A stretch of 64,000 nucleotides of DNA from Lama guanicoe (taxonomy: Eukaryota): the NCBI GenBank assembly GCA_013239625.1, contig MU053810.1, forward strand, positions 5,862,122 through 5,926,121. Direction: 5' to 3'. Shown piece after piece: positions 50,319-64,000 of the stretch (position 1 is the first letter of the stretch; every line of letters starts with the position of its first letter). A model generated the notes under the pieces. The model was not told the DNA's origin. It did not search any database and saw only the letters and a list, made by a program, of their open reading frames with translations. A program made the translations under genes and the position numbers.

Positions 50319-53300
50319 TTAGACGAAAGATTCCCTAGAAATGAGAAGCTACTTTGAGACGAAAAGATAAGATACGACAAAAAGATAAGCTATGGTAAGC
50401 CAGAATAACAACAAATTAGCCACAATAACAACAAATCATTGACTGTTACATGCCAGGTACTGTGCTAAGTACAAGGAACACACAGATGGAAACGTTTTTT
50501 ATGGAAGCATTCAAACATACACAAAAATTGAAAGGTTAATATGCTAGACTCCCATATATCATCATCCAAGTTCAACAGTTACCAACATTTTACCAAATTT
50601 GTTTCATCTATTTCCCATTCCTCCATCAACCTTCCAGGTAGTGGTTATAGCATTCTTTGATTAAATGCCTGGATTCTTTATGAAGGTTTGCAAAATGCTG
50701 ATTTTTTTTTCAATTCTCTTGTTCTTTCAGCTTTTGTTACCTGGAATTCTTCTATAAAGAACTTTCCCTTATTATCCAGTTCATTATTCTGAATGACAAC
50801 CCTGTCTAAGGAAGGCAAAATAAATGCTTGATTCTTTCCCTTTCATCACCAGTTTTCAAAAAAGCAACCTCCAAATAAGTGTGGGGGTTTTTTTAGTATC
50901 TTTATGAATCCATGGAATGTTGTAGATTTGATGTATTTTAATCCATTGCAGTCATTATTTTCTGTGTTCAGACTATCCCATCTTTAGTGAGTGGGAGCCC
51001 CTTCTGCTAATTTCTTTGTCTTTTTGTTACTATGCTAGTATTCTGATGGCTTCCTGCTTTCTGGCATGGCAAGGTAATTAAGGCTTATTTTGCACCTCTC
51101 CTGTACTAGACCTAGGCAAGAGGTTGAGCTCCTTATTGGGAAAGCATGTCTAGAGACCACAATCTAGAAGGCAGTAATTAGTAAAGTTCATTGCCACTTG
51201 GTTGTCTTTCCTTTTAGACATTCTCAGTGAACAGAGGGACTAGGAAACACACATTTTTATAGAAAAAGAAAAATATTTCATGAGTTTATGCTGATATTTC
51301 CAATTCAATGGAAAATTATAGAATTTTTACTTAACATCTTTAAAAAATACATAAAATATAAACATATTTTGAAAAAAATTATATTCTTTTACTCTGGGAA
51401 TCTGGGTTCCTAACAACATAAACAAATTACTTACTTGCTTTAACTTACAGCATATGTATATATCTAGTATTTTCAAAATAGCAACACCAGTATTGTTATA
51501 CTAACACTGAAAGAACTGGATTCAGTTTAGGATTTCTCTGCAGTTCTTTTTGTCCTTATGATATACTGTCAAGATTCTGTTCTTTGAAGTCACTTGAAAT
51601 AATTTGCTGTGTGGTTATGAAACTTGCTAAGTTCATTTATTCCCCTTTTGTACCAGAGATTTATACTCAAAAAGGGAATCCATTAAAGTACTAGAAGAAA
51701 ACTGATGTGACTATTCTTAGAATCATAGAATGGTGCAGGTCTTACTAAATGAATAATAAAGCCTTCTTTGACACAGAATACCGTGTACATGGTCAATAAT
51801 AAAGGATAAATACCCCAGCAGAAAAATGGGCAAAGAATACAAGGGATTCACTGGAGAAATATGAAAGACCAAAAACAGTGTAAAGGTGCTAAATCTCCCT
51901 AAAAAATAAACATCTAAATAAGTTCACTTTTTTCTTTCTTAGATTGGCAGAGATAAAAAGATTGATAATCTTTGTTGATGAGAATATAAGGAAATAAGAA
52001 TTCTCTTGAGCTCAAATAGTTATCAGTTTACTTATTTATTTCCCTACTACTGAAGTATAATTTGTAAGTGCAAAGACTATATTTTATTCATACCTATATT
52101 CCCAGAGCTAGCACAGTATGTAGCCCAGATTTTGTGCTTAGAAAATGTTTTAATGATTGATCTCATCAACAAATACTGAGTAACCTCTATGTACCAGAGA
52201 AGCTACTGGCCAAAAGAGGAAAGAAATGACCTTGTATTATCAAGTTCTTAGTAGGCAATATTTTATAGATTGAAACTATGGGAAATTTTGAGAATAATGA
52301 CTAGTATATGAAGAAGGAATAATAGAGCTTTGGGACCACATGGCAATAATGAATTTAGGCAAAAATCATCCCTAGTCACAGGATGCTAAAATCATTGCTT
52401 GAAAGTTTGTTAACGAAACAGGTTACTTACATAGTTTCAAAATATCTTCCCCAGATTACTTATTAATTACAAAGGTTGGAGGGAGTACCTCTTCCATGGA
52501 AAAATCTGGAAGTTACCACCTTAACTAAGTGGTCAAAGAAGTTAACATCACCAGGAATGGAACACGCTGTTTAGAGGTCTCATCCGGTAGGAGACGCTAG
52601 GAAGTACTCAACACTGGTTATGGCATATTCCTGCCCCAAATGCATGACCTGACTTGAATCATGAGGAAATAATCAGATGTCACGAAAGGCCACCCCATGC
52701 ACTACCAACATCCCCCCTCTAAAAAAAAGTGAAAAATTATTCCAGATTAAAGGAGACCAAAGAGATGTGACAACTAAATCTCATGTATGGTCCTGACCTG
52801 GGCATAAGGGATGAGGAGAGGCCATCAGGGACAATATTGAGATAATCAGAGAAATTTGAATACAAACTACACAACAGGTAATAGCATTATTTTAGCATTT
52901 AATTCCTTGAATTTTATTACACTATAGTTGTATAAGAACGTCCTTGTTAGGAGATCCATGATGAAGAATTTTAGTGGTGACATATCATGACCTCTTCAAC
53001 TTTACAATTGACTTATTCAACAAAAATTTTAAATTTACAGATTGATACGAGTTGCTCATGTCACCATATTTTTAAGCTGTTTTGTCTAAACAAAAATACA
53101 TGCATATATGATATTTCTGTTAATGATGTTGATAACTGGTATTATGTTTATAATGTAACATCATCACATTAATAATTAATGTAAATATTTATTTTATATT
53201 CACATATGTGGAGAGGAAGAAAGTAAATGTGGCAAAGTGCTAGCAATGGGTGACTATAGATGAAGAGTATATGAGAAATCGTTCTACTCTTTCTACACCT

Positions 53301-53528
53301 TTTCTGTAAGTCTGAATTTTTTTATGCAGACTGAACAGCTTAACTTAAATTTTAAGAAGTTTATAACAGCAAGAGCAAACCTGGCATTGATGTGTACAGC
53401 GTGATACCAAGAAAATGTGTCTGTTACAGAACCATGTTAAACATGCATAACCATAAAGCTCAAATAATATATTTTTTAAGTAGTCATTAGTTTTATTTTT
53501 CAATATTTAGCAGTATATTCCTTTTTGA

Positions 53529-53672
<144 letters not shown>

Positions 53673-54279
53673 TGAAGACTTGACTTTTTCTCCAAACTCT
53701 TCCTGAAAGCACAAGGAATCAAATTATGTGTTAAATATTTGAGTCTTAAATATTTGCATAACCCCACATATCTGGGTTATCTAAAAATTAGTAGTAACTT
53801 GTGTGAGTTTGGAGATTCCATTGTTGCTTTGTCCATGGGTATCCCATTTTTTTGTGAAGAGTAGTGTGTCTTTTTTTCCACTTGTTTACCTGTATATCAT
53901 ACAAAAGTTCTGTATTTTATAATCCCAGCTGATTTACAATGTTCTGTTCTATGCAAAGAAAGTCAGGTTAAGTGGCTCTTTTCTATGAAGGCTTAATTTT
54001 AACCCTCCTTAAAAGAGGTAAATATGATTTTGACCTGACTTGAGTTTTATTTTACCTAATGAAGTTTATTTATTTTAATGGACTATCTAATGAATAATGC
54101 CAAAGATAATTTAGCATCAAATAGTTAACTTTCTTGTAGATTCATATATACAAAAAATACTTTGCTTTTGAGACTTTTTTTTCCTGCACTTTCTAAGCCA
54201 CTGGTGAGTACCTTATTTTAGAGAAATTAAATAGGCTTTGATTCTTCTGTAACTTTGTTTTTTTCGCTGGTAATTCTAA

Positions 54280-54438
<159 letters not shown>

Positions 54439-55869
54439 TAAGTGCCTTTTTAAAGATCCAACGCACTTTAGATACTACATTTCATTAACTTACACACTTC
54501 CCTTTGTTTATAATGAATAAACTGTTTTTCCCAAAGTAGACTAGAAATGTATAATGATTTTTTTTCAATTAAAGATGAAAAAAGTCTTAAGTCCTCAAAG
54601 GTCCTCAAAGATCTTTGGATCGTCAAAGAGGAGCTCACAGTTTCTGTTCTTCTGAATTTTTATCCCTACTGAAACTATTGCTGATCTACTACATCAGTAA
54701 AATGACTAAAATAGCTGCAACATGATAAACAGTTAATAGTTAATACCTAAAGAACTTAATGAAATGTATATGATCATCACCTTGATAAACAAGGGGCAGA
54801 GAAAATGAACACAGAATTCACACATACGTATATATAGGAGTCTTAATTTCACTGGTAGTAATGATAGAAATACTAATTTAAAAAGTAATAAATGAATCAT
54901 TTTACACTACTAAGCTATCCAAAAGAAAAAGAAAAAAAGGAGAACTGACGATCTAGTGTTAAGGAGACTGCAAAAAGTACAGTAAGTTTTTCTAGAGACA
55001 TTGTAAATAAATAAGCATAGTTCTTTCCAGAGGAAATCTACCAGTATGTTTTAAGAAACAAAAGGTTTTAATTCTTTTTGACCCAGTGACCTGTGTGTTG
55101 GAATTTATCCTATAGAAATGGTTCAAAAGAACAATATAAATGAATAAAAGTGTTTGCAGCCTTATTGTTTCCAGCAGGGAGAAACTAGAAATTACTTATG
55201 TGTATAATAGACACATGGATAAATGATAGTTTGTTGTCTTGATAACATATTATTGTATCATCTACTACAATGGCAGAGGATGGAACTAAATGAACAGTAG
55301 AACCAAAAATTGGGCTTATAAGTTATGAACCATGGGATTATAATTATTCGAAAATAAAATAGAGATCTACAATTCTTTATTTGCAAGTACAAATGTTGAA
55401 GCGTTTTGAATACCTTAAAGTTTTTCATATGTTCAGTAAAATACAACCCAGATCGATGTGGGCTGTTTATAGTTTTCATTAATCCAACCTCACATGACTA
55501 CCCCTACTTTTCACAGCAGTAATAATAAGTACGATTTGCTAGATGAGATGCCACTAGGTATACAATGCAGTATATTTATCACTTAGTTTTCTAAAATCTA
55601 AAAACACTTTTTAATTGTGAGGCAAATCTACCTCCCCAGGTTTCAGACAAAATGCAGGGAAGAAATATAAATGAGAAAAATTTTGTATTAGGGTAATATT
55701 GTTAATGAATTTAAATTATGTTTATAATAGTAATAATTTTTATTTGTATTTTTTCATATCTCATGATTTACTTTAAAGATGGCTCCCAAACACTGTACAT
55801 TTAGGTTAATATAAATATTACTGTGAAAAACATCTTTGAACATACAGATTTTTCTGAATTCGTTTTTCT

Positions 55870-57140
55870 TTTCTTGATTATGGTTGAGATACCTCATAAG
55901 GTAAAATTTACCATCGTAACCATTTCTACGTGTGCTGTGTAGTAATATTAATCGTATTCACATTGTTGTGCAACAGATCTCGACAGATTTTTCATCTTGT
56001 GAAACTGAAGCCAGGTACCTCATTTTTCCCTCCCCAAAGACCTGACAATCACAGTTCTACTTACTCTTTTTCAATTTGTTTTATTTTTTTGTTTGTTTTT
56101 TGGGAGAGGTAATTAGGTTTATTTATTTTTATTTATTTATGTTTTAGAGGAGGTACTGGAAATTGAACCCAGGACCTTGTGTGAGCTAATCATGTGCTCT
56201 ACCACTTGAGCTGTACTCTCCTCCCACAATTCTACTTTCTGTCTGTGTGTTTGATTACTTTAGATACCTTATATAAGTACAATCCTAAGGTATTTGTTTT
56301 TTTGTGACTAACTTATTTCACTTAGCATAGTGTCCTCAAGTTCATCCAGAGTGTAGCGTGCAACAGGATTTCTTTCCTTTTTACAGCCAAAATTTGTATT
56401 TATGGGGCATATATATATATATATATGCCATGTTTTCTGTATCCATCCACCTGTTGATAGACATTTGGGTCGCTTCTAACTCTTGGCTGTTGCGAATGAT
56501 GCTGAAATGCATATGAGTATGTAAATATGTCTTAAAGACCCTGCTTTCAATTCTTTTGGGTATATACCCAGTGGTGGAATCACTGGATCGTATAAATCAA
56601 ATTCTATTTTTAACATTTTAAGGAGCCTCCACTGTGTTTTTCATAGTGGCTGTGCAGTTTTACATTTTATAATTTACCAACAATAGAAGGGTTCCAGTTT
56701 CTCCACATTCTTTCCAACACTTCTCATTTTCTGTTTTTTGATAGTGGCCATCCTAATGGGTAGGAGATAATGTTCCATTGTAGTTTTGATTTGCATTTTT
56801 CTATTGATTTCTAATGTTGAACATCTTTTCATAAACAGGTTGGCCATTTGTATATCTTCTTTAGAGAAATGCCTATCTAAGACCTTTGTCCACTATTTAA
56901 TTAGATTATCTGGGGTTTTTTTGTTTTTGTTGTTGAGTTGTAGTTCTTTCTACATTCTGTATATTAACCCTTTATCAAGTAAATGATTTACAAATATTTT
57001 CTCCCATTTTGTAGGTTGCCTGTTCATTTCTGTTGATTGTTTCTTTTGATATGCAGAAGTTTTGAGGTTTGATGTAGTCCCATTTGTCTATTTTAGCTTT
57101 TTGCCTATGCTTTTAAGGTCATATACCAAGAAATCATTGC
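55870..57140 (-). mobile_element. L1M-type 3' region (ORF2 end/3'UTR), interrupted by a SINE
   Basis: Continuous antisense L1 motifs (gccatcctaatggg, ttgatttgcatttttct, ccaagaaatcattgcc). Confidence 0.85.
56063..56225 (-). mobile_element. Camelid tRNA-derived SINE (vic-1-like)
   Basis: SINE body; TSD cacagttctactt / cacaattctactt. Confidence 0.88.
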
Positions 57141-57144
57141 CATT

Positions 57145-57256
57145 AAATATATATTATATATATATTTTTTTCTTTAATGGCAATACTGGAAACAGAACCC
57201 AGGACCTTGTGCATGCTAAGCATGTGCTCTACCACTGAGGTATATTACCCTCTCCC
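57145..57256 (-). mobile_element. Camelid tRNA-derived SINE (vic-1-like)
   Basis: gaacccaggaccttgtgcatgctaagcatgtgctctaccactgag. Confidence 0.85.
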
Positions 57257-58248
57257 TGCCATAATATTTTTTAACTTGTTTAATTTGTAAAATATTTTTC
57301 AAGTGTGTATTATAGTCTTTATTGTTTCAACAGTGTGAGGTATAAATGAAATTTAAGTTCAAACATTCAGCCTACCTTTTAAAGTCTTATACCATATACA
57401 AAGCATTATACTTCTCTTATGATATGTGATATCTAAAGAAAATAGTACAGTATTATGTGTGTATCGAATTATTTTACAGTGTTATACATTGAAACCTGAT
57501 AAAAATCTGCATCAATTTCTCCTTTGCCCTATACTTGTGCATGTTAGTTAACATGAGGGGCCCATAATTTGTATTAATTCCTTAAATAGATTCTGATACT
57601 GAAATTTATTTTATATTAATAATATTTCAATTCCTTTTTAGCTTTTCTTACTGCTTCCTTTTCTGATGTTTTATTTACCAAGATTTATTTTGTCACCAGT
57701 TAAATAACACTCTTGTCTTTATCTTTTTTTTTTTTAATTCTTTTTAAAGATTTTTTACCTTTCGATCCCCATCATCTATTTCTCCCACCCCCTACCCCCA
57801 CCTCTGGCAACCACCAATCTCTTCTCTATATTTGTGAGACTGTTTTTTTGTTTTATTTTTTTTAGATTCCATAGAGAGAGAGAGAGCATATGGTGTTTGT
57901 CTTTCTCTGTCTGCTTAATTGCATGTGTTTACTGTGTGGCATGGTGGCTTTCCTGGCTGTATTTATTTGTCTTGCATAAGCCAGCTTTGTTGATAATGTT
58001 AATAATGTGGAAAGCAGGGCAAAATTCAGAACAAGTGATTGTTGACTTAGTCAGTGACAGTTGAAGTTTTTTTTCTAAGTTTTTTTTTAACACCTTTATT
58101 GTGGTATAATTCCTCTACAATAAACTAAACGTATGTCAGTTGTACAATATGATGAATTTTGATAGATGTATGCATCAATGAAACCACCACCACAATCAAG
58201 AGAGCTAACATAGTAACAAGACAATTGAAGTTTTTAAAGACTATCACT

Positions 58249-58347
58249 CTTTTTTTCTTCTTTTTTTAATGGAGATACTGGGGATTGAACCCAGGACCTT
58301 GTGCATGTTAAGTATGTACTCTACCACTGAGCTTTACTTCCACCCCC
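58249..58347 (-). mobile_element. Camelid tRNA-derived SINE just upstream of MASTL exon 5
   Basis: gggattgaacccaggaccttgtgcatgttaagtatgtactctaccactgagc. Confidence 0.85.
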
Positions 58348-58376
58348 ACCTCATATAGTTTTCTTTCCATACATAG

Positions 58377-58483
58377 ATATCAATATGATGGATATCCTTA
58401 CAACACCATCAATGGCTAAACCTAGACAAGATTATTCAAGAACTCCAGGACAAGTATTATCTCTCATCAGCTCTTTGGGATTT
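58377..58483 (+). CDS. MASTL: MASTL exon 5 (107 nt)
   Basis: (D)INMMDILTTPSMAKPRQDYSRTPGQVLSLISSLGF. Confidence 0.97.
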
Positions 58484-58661
58484 GTAAGTACTTGACAAGA
58501 AAAAAACTCACATAATAGCCATTTGAATGAATTCAGATATCAAGCATGTTGAGTTACTCCAACAGTTTATCTACTTAGGTGTTATAACAGTCTGTACATT
58601 CAGGTGATGTTTTTCTGAAGGTAAATCTTAGCATTGCTTTCTGTCTTTCTCTTTTTAATAG

Positions 58662-58812
58662 TACACACCAGTTGCAGAAGAAAATCAAAACTCTGCAAAT
58701 ATTCTTGCAACCCATGGATCTGAAACATCCCAGCTTTCTCAAGGATTCACTTGTCCTATGTCTGTAGATCAAAAGGACATCACTCCTTATTCTAGCAAAC
58801 TACTAAACTCAT
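58662..58812 (+). CDS. MASTL: MASTL exon 6 (151 nt)
   Basis: YTPVAEENQNSANILATHGSETSQLSQGFTCPMSVDQKDITPYSSKLLNS. Confidence 0.93.
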
Positions 58813-61024
58813 GTGAGTATAAAAGAAAAGGTAGTCTATTCCATTAAGTGTATCTTTTAAGGAACAAAATTGTTTTTGATTTTTTAAATTTCTGATATCA
58901 GTTTAATAATTTTGAAATGCAAATATTTGAACAGTCTGTGACATTCCTCTATTTCATCATGTAAATGTCGTTTCTGTCAGGGGCTGTTGCAGATCTTTAA
59001 ATCTACAGAATGAAGTGTCAAGTTAATTCTTCAGTTAGCTATAACATTGTAATGATCATTGGGTAAATTTCACTATACTGAGTCTCTGAAAGTCTTATAT
59101 GGGGAAGATGTGATACCTGGAATATTGTGTGACTTTATAAAATTATTTCCAAAAGATCCCGAAATAAAGTAGTTGAAGTCAAGATACAGTCTTTAATTAT
59201 TATGCAATAAAAGACAAAAGTCTAGTAAAGGAGACGAGTGGGACATTTGTGTGGCTCTTAACCCCTACTTTTCTAACTTATCAACAGTGGACAGTGTAGT
59301 TCTCTGCACGCAAGTTCTTCATCTCAGGGACATGAATAATGATGCTTTGAAGAGTAATTAGTGTTAGTTGTTTTCATAGCTATTAACTCATTTTAAATTT
59401 GGTCCTCAAGTCTGTACATATATTGGATGGATGAATAGATAGTTGGGAAGAATTGCCTCCTTTTTACAAATGAGAAAACTAATATGTGAAAACTTTTAAT
59501 TACATGCTAGTAAGTGGGTCAGTTAAGTCCTGATTACAAATGTAGTTTTCTATCCACTGTTCTTGTGTCACAATCACTTCTGTGAAAATCAAAATAGCTG
59601 AAATATACATATATATTTACAGCCTTGATACAGAAAACTATTAAAATATAAGATATGCAGATGTGATTTATAGCCCTTTTTTAATTTTTTTTTAATTGAA
59701 GTATAGTCAGTTACAGTGTGTCAATTTCTGGTGTACAGCATAATGTTTCAATCATACATACACAAACATATATTCCTTTTCATATTCTTTTTCACTATAG
59801 GTCACTATACTATATTGAACATAGTTCCCTGCATATAGCCATATTCTTGAGGAAAAATGATTGCATCTCCCTCAGTCATTTTTTAATCTGACCAGAAGGT
59901 GGTAGGCATTGTGCTGGTCACTTGAGCGAATGTGAAGGTGAATACTTGGCTCAGGAGAACCTGTGGTTTGGTGCTGATTACAGGTACAGAGGGATAACAA
60001 TCCAATAAATAAATGCCATAGGGGAGGATACTGTGACCCAACACAAAAAGTGATAAATGCCAAGTGGGAAAATCAAAAAAAGTTCTAAATAAAGATAGAG
60101 CAACAGCCAAATCAGCCCTAAAAAAGGAAATAGGAACTGAATAGCTACAAGTGTGTTGGGAAAGGGCATTTCAGAGGCTTGAGCAGAAGCCTCTATCTAA
60201 CACATGCAGCTTCCATCTTCAGACAGCAGGGACAGAATGTAGTATGTGAGAATGGGACGCACGTGCAAAGAAAAAGGAAGTCAAGCAGGTAGACAGGGAA
60301 GATGTGCGGGGAAGGATGAAGTGTCCTTACAGGGAGCCTAGAATGTAAGCTTTAGAAAAAGGGGAGCCACCAGAAGTTCCTAAGTAGGAAACAGTCGAAT
60401 CCTACCCATGATCTAGAAAGAGCTCAGTAGCAAGTATACAGCACACGCGTGGCATCAGATGAGACACAAGTTCCCATGCTGCTGGGGAAGGGCAGCCGAG
60501 CCGTTTACCCAGATATCAAGCTCAGTGCCCAGTGAGTCTCAGGAGTTCCACTGAGAGGCTTTATGTGCCCAAAAGAAAGTTGTTTTAGGTGGACTTTCAA
60601 ATTCTCCTTCCAGTCTTAAAATTCTAAGATTTATTAGATCAAAAAAAACTCTAATAAACTAAGAATTTACTTGGGATTAAAGTCATGTCCACCCTTTTTG
60701 GGAAAGAGAAAACAAGATATACATATCCTTTTATATATGTATAAAGTCTTTATATGCACATATTGCAATCTTTAGTAAAAGCATGATTATTGTGTCTAAT
60801 TATAAGCTCAGAAGCAACAATTTTTAGCATCATTATTTGTCTGTAAGGTACAGGAACCTATACCATGTAGATGGTAGTGCTTTCTTGCACTGGCTTGCTC
60901 TTGGCCAAGTCACTATTACTTATCTGTTTTACCCAGTAGTATAAAAAAAAAATCCCTATGGATGTATATAATTCCACACTTGTAAGCACATAAACCTCAA
61001 CATTAAAATACAGATATACTTAAA

Positions 61025-61640
61025 AAAATTTTTTTATTGAAGTATAGTCAGTTTACAATGTCAACTTCTCATGTACAGCATGTTTCAGTTGTACATACAC
61101 ATACATATATTCATTTTCACAATCTTTTTCATTATAGGTTACTACAAGATATTGACTATAGTTCTCTATGCTATACAGTATAAACTTACTGTTTACCTAT
61201 TTCATATATAGTAGTCAGTATCTGCAAATCTTGAACTCCCAATTTATCCCTTCCTACACCTTCCACCACTGGTAACCATAAGTTTGTTTTCTACGTCTGT
61301 GAGTCTGTTTCTGTTTTGTAAATAAGTTCATTTGTGTCCTTTTTGTTTAGATTCTACATATAAGTGGTATCATACGATATTTTTATTTCTCTTTCTGGCT
61401 TACTTAGAATGATGATCTCCAGGTCCATCCATGTTGCTGCAAATGGCATTATTTTATTATTTTTTATGGCTGAGTAGTATTCCATTGTATAAATATACCA
61501 CAAATTCTTTATCCTGTCATTAGTCAGTGGACATTTAGGTCACTTCCATGTCTTGGCTATTGTAAATAGTGCTGCTATGAACATTGGGGTGCATGTATCT
61601 TTTTGAAATGTAGTCTTCAGGTATGTGCCCAGGAGTGGCA
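61025..61640 (-). mobile_element. L1 3' fragment
   Basis: ttttattgaagtatagtcagtttacaatg...ccatgttgctgcaaatggcattatt...gtgctgctatgaacattggggtgc. Confidence 0.88.
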
Positions 61641-62065
61641 TATATAAAGCTGTACTTTTAATTAAATACAAATTGAACTGAATAAATTTAGTCACATTCC
61701 AGCCTTATAGCACATAAGTAATGATCCTTTATCAAGAAAAATTTTAAATTGGATAATGAATATTCAAAATGGATTTCCTCCTACTTATAAATTTGTTTCT
61801 TTCTCCTGATTTTTATTTTGTGGACATTAAGAGTTTTGGGTTTTTGGGTTTTTTTTTTTTTTTTTTTTGTGTTTTTTTTTCTTTCAGACAGCAGTTGTAT
61901 GCCAAAACCACCCAGTGTCATCCTTTTGGATGAGACAGTGTTTACATAAAAATAGTTCTGATAATGAAGTACTCAATACTTTACCTAATTATCTGTAAAG
62001 ATTCAGGATCAGTGAGGAGCTAAGAAAGATGTGATATAAGCCTCAATCTTTTCTCTTCCCCACAG

Positions 62066-62238
62066 GTCTTGAAACAGTTGCCTCCCACCCCGGGATGCCA
62101 GTGAAGTGTCTAACTTCCCATCTACTGCAGTCTAGGAAAAGGCTGCCAACATCCAGTGCCAGTAGTCAGTCCCACACCTTCATATCCAGCGTGGAATCCG
62201 AGTGCCACAGCAGTCCTAGATGGGAAAAGGATTGCCAG
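62066..62238 (+). CDS. MASTL: MASTL exon 7 (173 nt)
   Basis: (C)LETVASHPGMPVKCLTSHLLQSRKRLPTSSASSQSHTFISSVESECHSSPRWEKDCQ. Confidence 0.95.
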
Positions 62239-62510
62239 GTTCGTGTGAAATTCACCTTAAGCCAAACCAGTTACGTGTGTCAAATTAACGATTAGAAATG
62301 CTTTATTCTTTTTCCATACAAATTTTATAAAGAAATTGTTACACGAATGGCAGGCAAGGTACGCTTCATTTTCCTATATATTCTGTCAAATTCTCTTAAA
62401 ATATTTCATTTCTCATTCAAATGTGAAATTATTCTTGAATGATAGAATCCAAATTTTTAAATTTTTGTAGTAAATCGATAGTAAATGTTGGCCTTAAGGC
62501 ATCTAGATGG

Positions 62511-62683
62511 GGAAATGGGACTTTTTTTGGAGGGGTGGGTGTGGGGGAGGTCATTAGGTCTATTTATTTGTTTATTACTGGTTTTGTTTTGTTTTGTTTT
62601 TAATGGAGGTACTGAGGATTGAACCCAGGACCTTACCCACACTAAGCGTGTGCTCTGCCACTGAGCTGTACCCTCCCCCTTCT
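62511..62683 (-). mobile_element. Camelid tRNA-derived SINE (vic-1-like)
   Basis: SINE body; perfect TSD aggcatctagatgg. Confidence 0.9.
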
Positions 62684-63839
62684 AGGCATCTAGATGGACT
62701 GCTTTTTTTTCAATTCTCTTCCCTGACACAGACATTAGATTGTTGAGGTTTTTTTAACCTGTGTCTTACTTTATTTTTTTCACTTCTCCTGCCTATATCT
62801 TATTTTAAAACTTCTATCTCCTATGCTGTTTTCCGCCCATTTCTCATTTAGTGTAATGGTAACTCTTCTGGGTTACAAATAACCTTTAGACCACAAAGGT
62901 AATGTAGGTGTGTCTTTGAAAGTATCTGTTCTAAGGAGATTGCTTGCTAGGTTAATAGAGTTACTGAAAGTTATTTTATTTAATTTGTATATTCTGTTTG
63001 TGGCTTTTTAAAGCTAATAAATATTAAAGCCAATGATTAATCACTGCTTCTTATTACTAAGTAAGTTAATAAAGTGTGACTTTTCACATATCAAAACTGT
63101 GCACTATTAGGGTTTACTAACAGTTTACTCTAATTGAGTATTCTTGTAGCAATCCTGGTTACCATGTGCCGATTTGCAATATTTTGTACAAAACTCTGGT
63201 CACACAAGAGCACCTTCAGAGAGCTAGAATTCAAATAGTATTTAAGAAAAGCACTTTGTTATCAATGCATCATCAGTTTATCTTGTTGACAATGGACTTT
63301 AACTCTTCTTATTTTTGGTTTTTAATTATACATCGCCACTAGTTTAGTTACATCCTTGTCAGCTTGGTTTTATCATACTTGTATGAAGTGATGCATGTTG
63401 ACATTAACCATATTTTTGGTCTGTAATTTTCCATTACCTGTGTTTCAAGCTCTGTGCTTTTGAAATTCAAAACAGCATCCATACCGCTGTTGCAGGGCAG
63501 ATACATGCATAATGTAACCTTACCCTCAATTTTGCCTGAGTATATTCCTATTAGTTTGTCCTATTGAAATAATACAAATTATACTAGCAAATACAAATGG
63601 AATTGTGTTAAATTTTATACCAGTGTTTCACTCAAAATAATGTATGTAAATGTATACTATAATCGTTTCATTTCTTTCTAATTCTCCGTTACCATTGTTC
63701 TTTCTTTCCATTGGAAAGTGGAAACAGGTAACATAGTAGTTTGTGGGGTCATTTATCCCACTTGAGGGGGCACAGGCTTAAGAGTTTAAAGAATCTCAGC
63801 TTTATATAATTTTTTTAAGTGTTTTCACCTCCCTCTTAG

Positions 63840-64000
63840 GAAAGTGATGATGCAGCAGGCTCTACAGTGATGAGCTGGAATATAATTGAAAAGCCTTTAT
63901 GTACAAAGTCTACAAGTGCCATCGAGACCAAAAGTTTCCATACAGAAGATCTTGAGTTAGCCCTTTCTCCCATTCAGAACAGCAGTGGCATTCCTGCCAC
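63840..64000 (+). CDS. MASTL: MASTL exon 8 (partial, truncated by window end)
   Basis: ctcttag|GAAAGTGAT; ESDDAAGSTVMSWNIIEKPLCTKSTSAIETKSFHTEDLELALSPIQNSSGIPA, open to the end of the window. Confidence 0.92.

Overview
Mammalian nuclear DNA, very probably a camelid (camel/llama/alpaca), judged from 12 copies of a tRNA-derived SINE matching the vic-1 type. The window is the ANKRD26-YME1L1-MASTL block, the same gene order as the human 10p12 THC2 locus. It holds ANKRD26 coding exons 1-4 (minus strand, running off the left end) plus a decayed fifth ankyrin exon. It also holds the complete 19-exon YME1L1 gene (minus strand, 2148-nt CDS = 715 aa, all introns GT-AG, checked by hand) and MASTL/Greatwall exons 1-8 (plus strand, running off the right end), head-to-head with YME1L1 across a ~1.1 kb CpG-rich promoter. 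Introns carry SINEs, L1/MIR relics, LTRs, MER DNA elements and an RPL18A processed pseudogene. I see no new multi-gene system. The most interesting signals are small: a closed, LTR-derived counterpart of the human YME1L1 isoform-1 exon; a dead ANKRD26 ankyrin exon; an ANKRD26 5'UTR silencer-like element that appears to carry a human thrombocytopenia-type base next to a second copy; and a CCA-bearing tRNA-Phe fragment retroposed into the ANKRD26 promoter. Comparisons with human sequences and repeat families are from memory, not from searches. Repeat boundaries are approximate.
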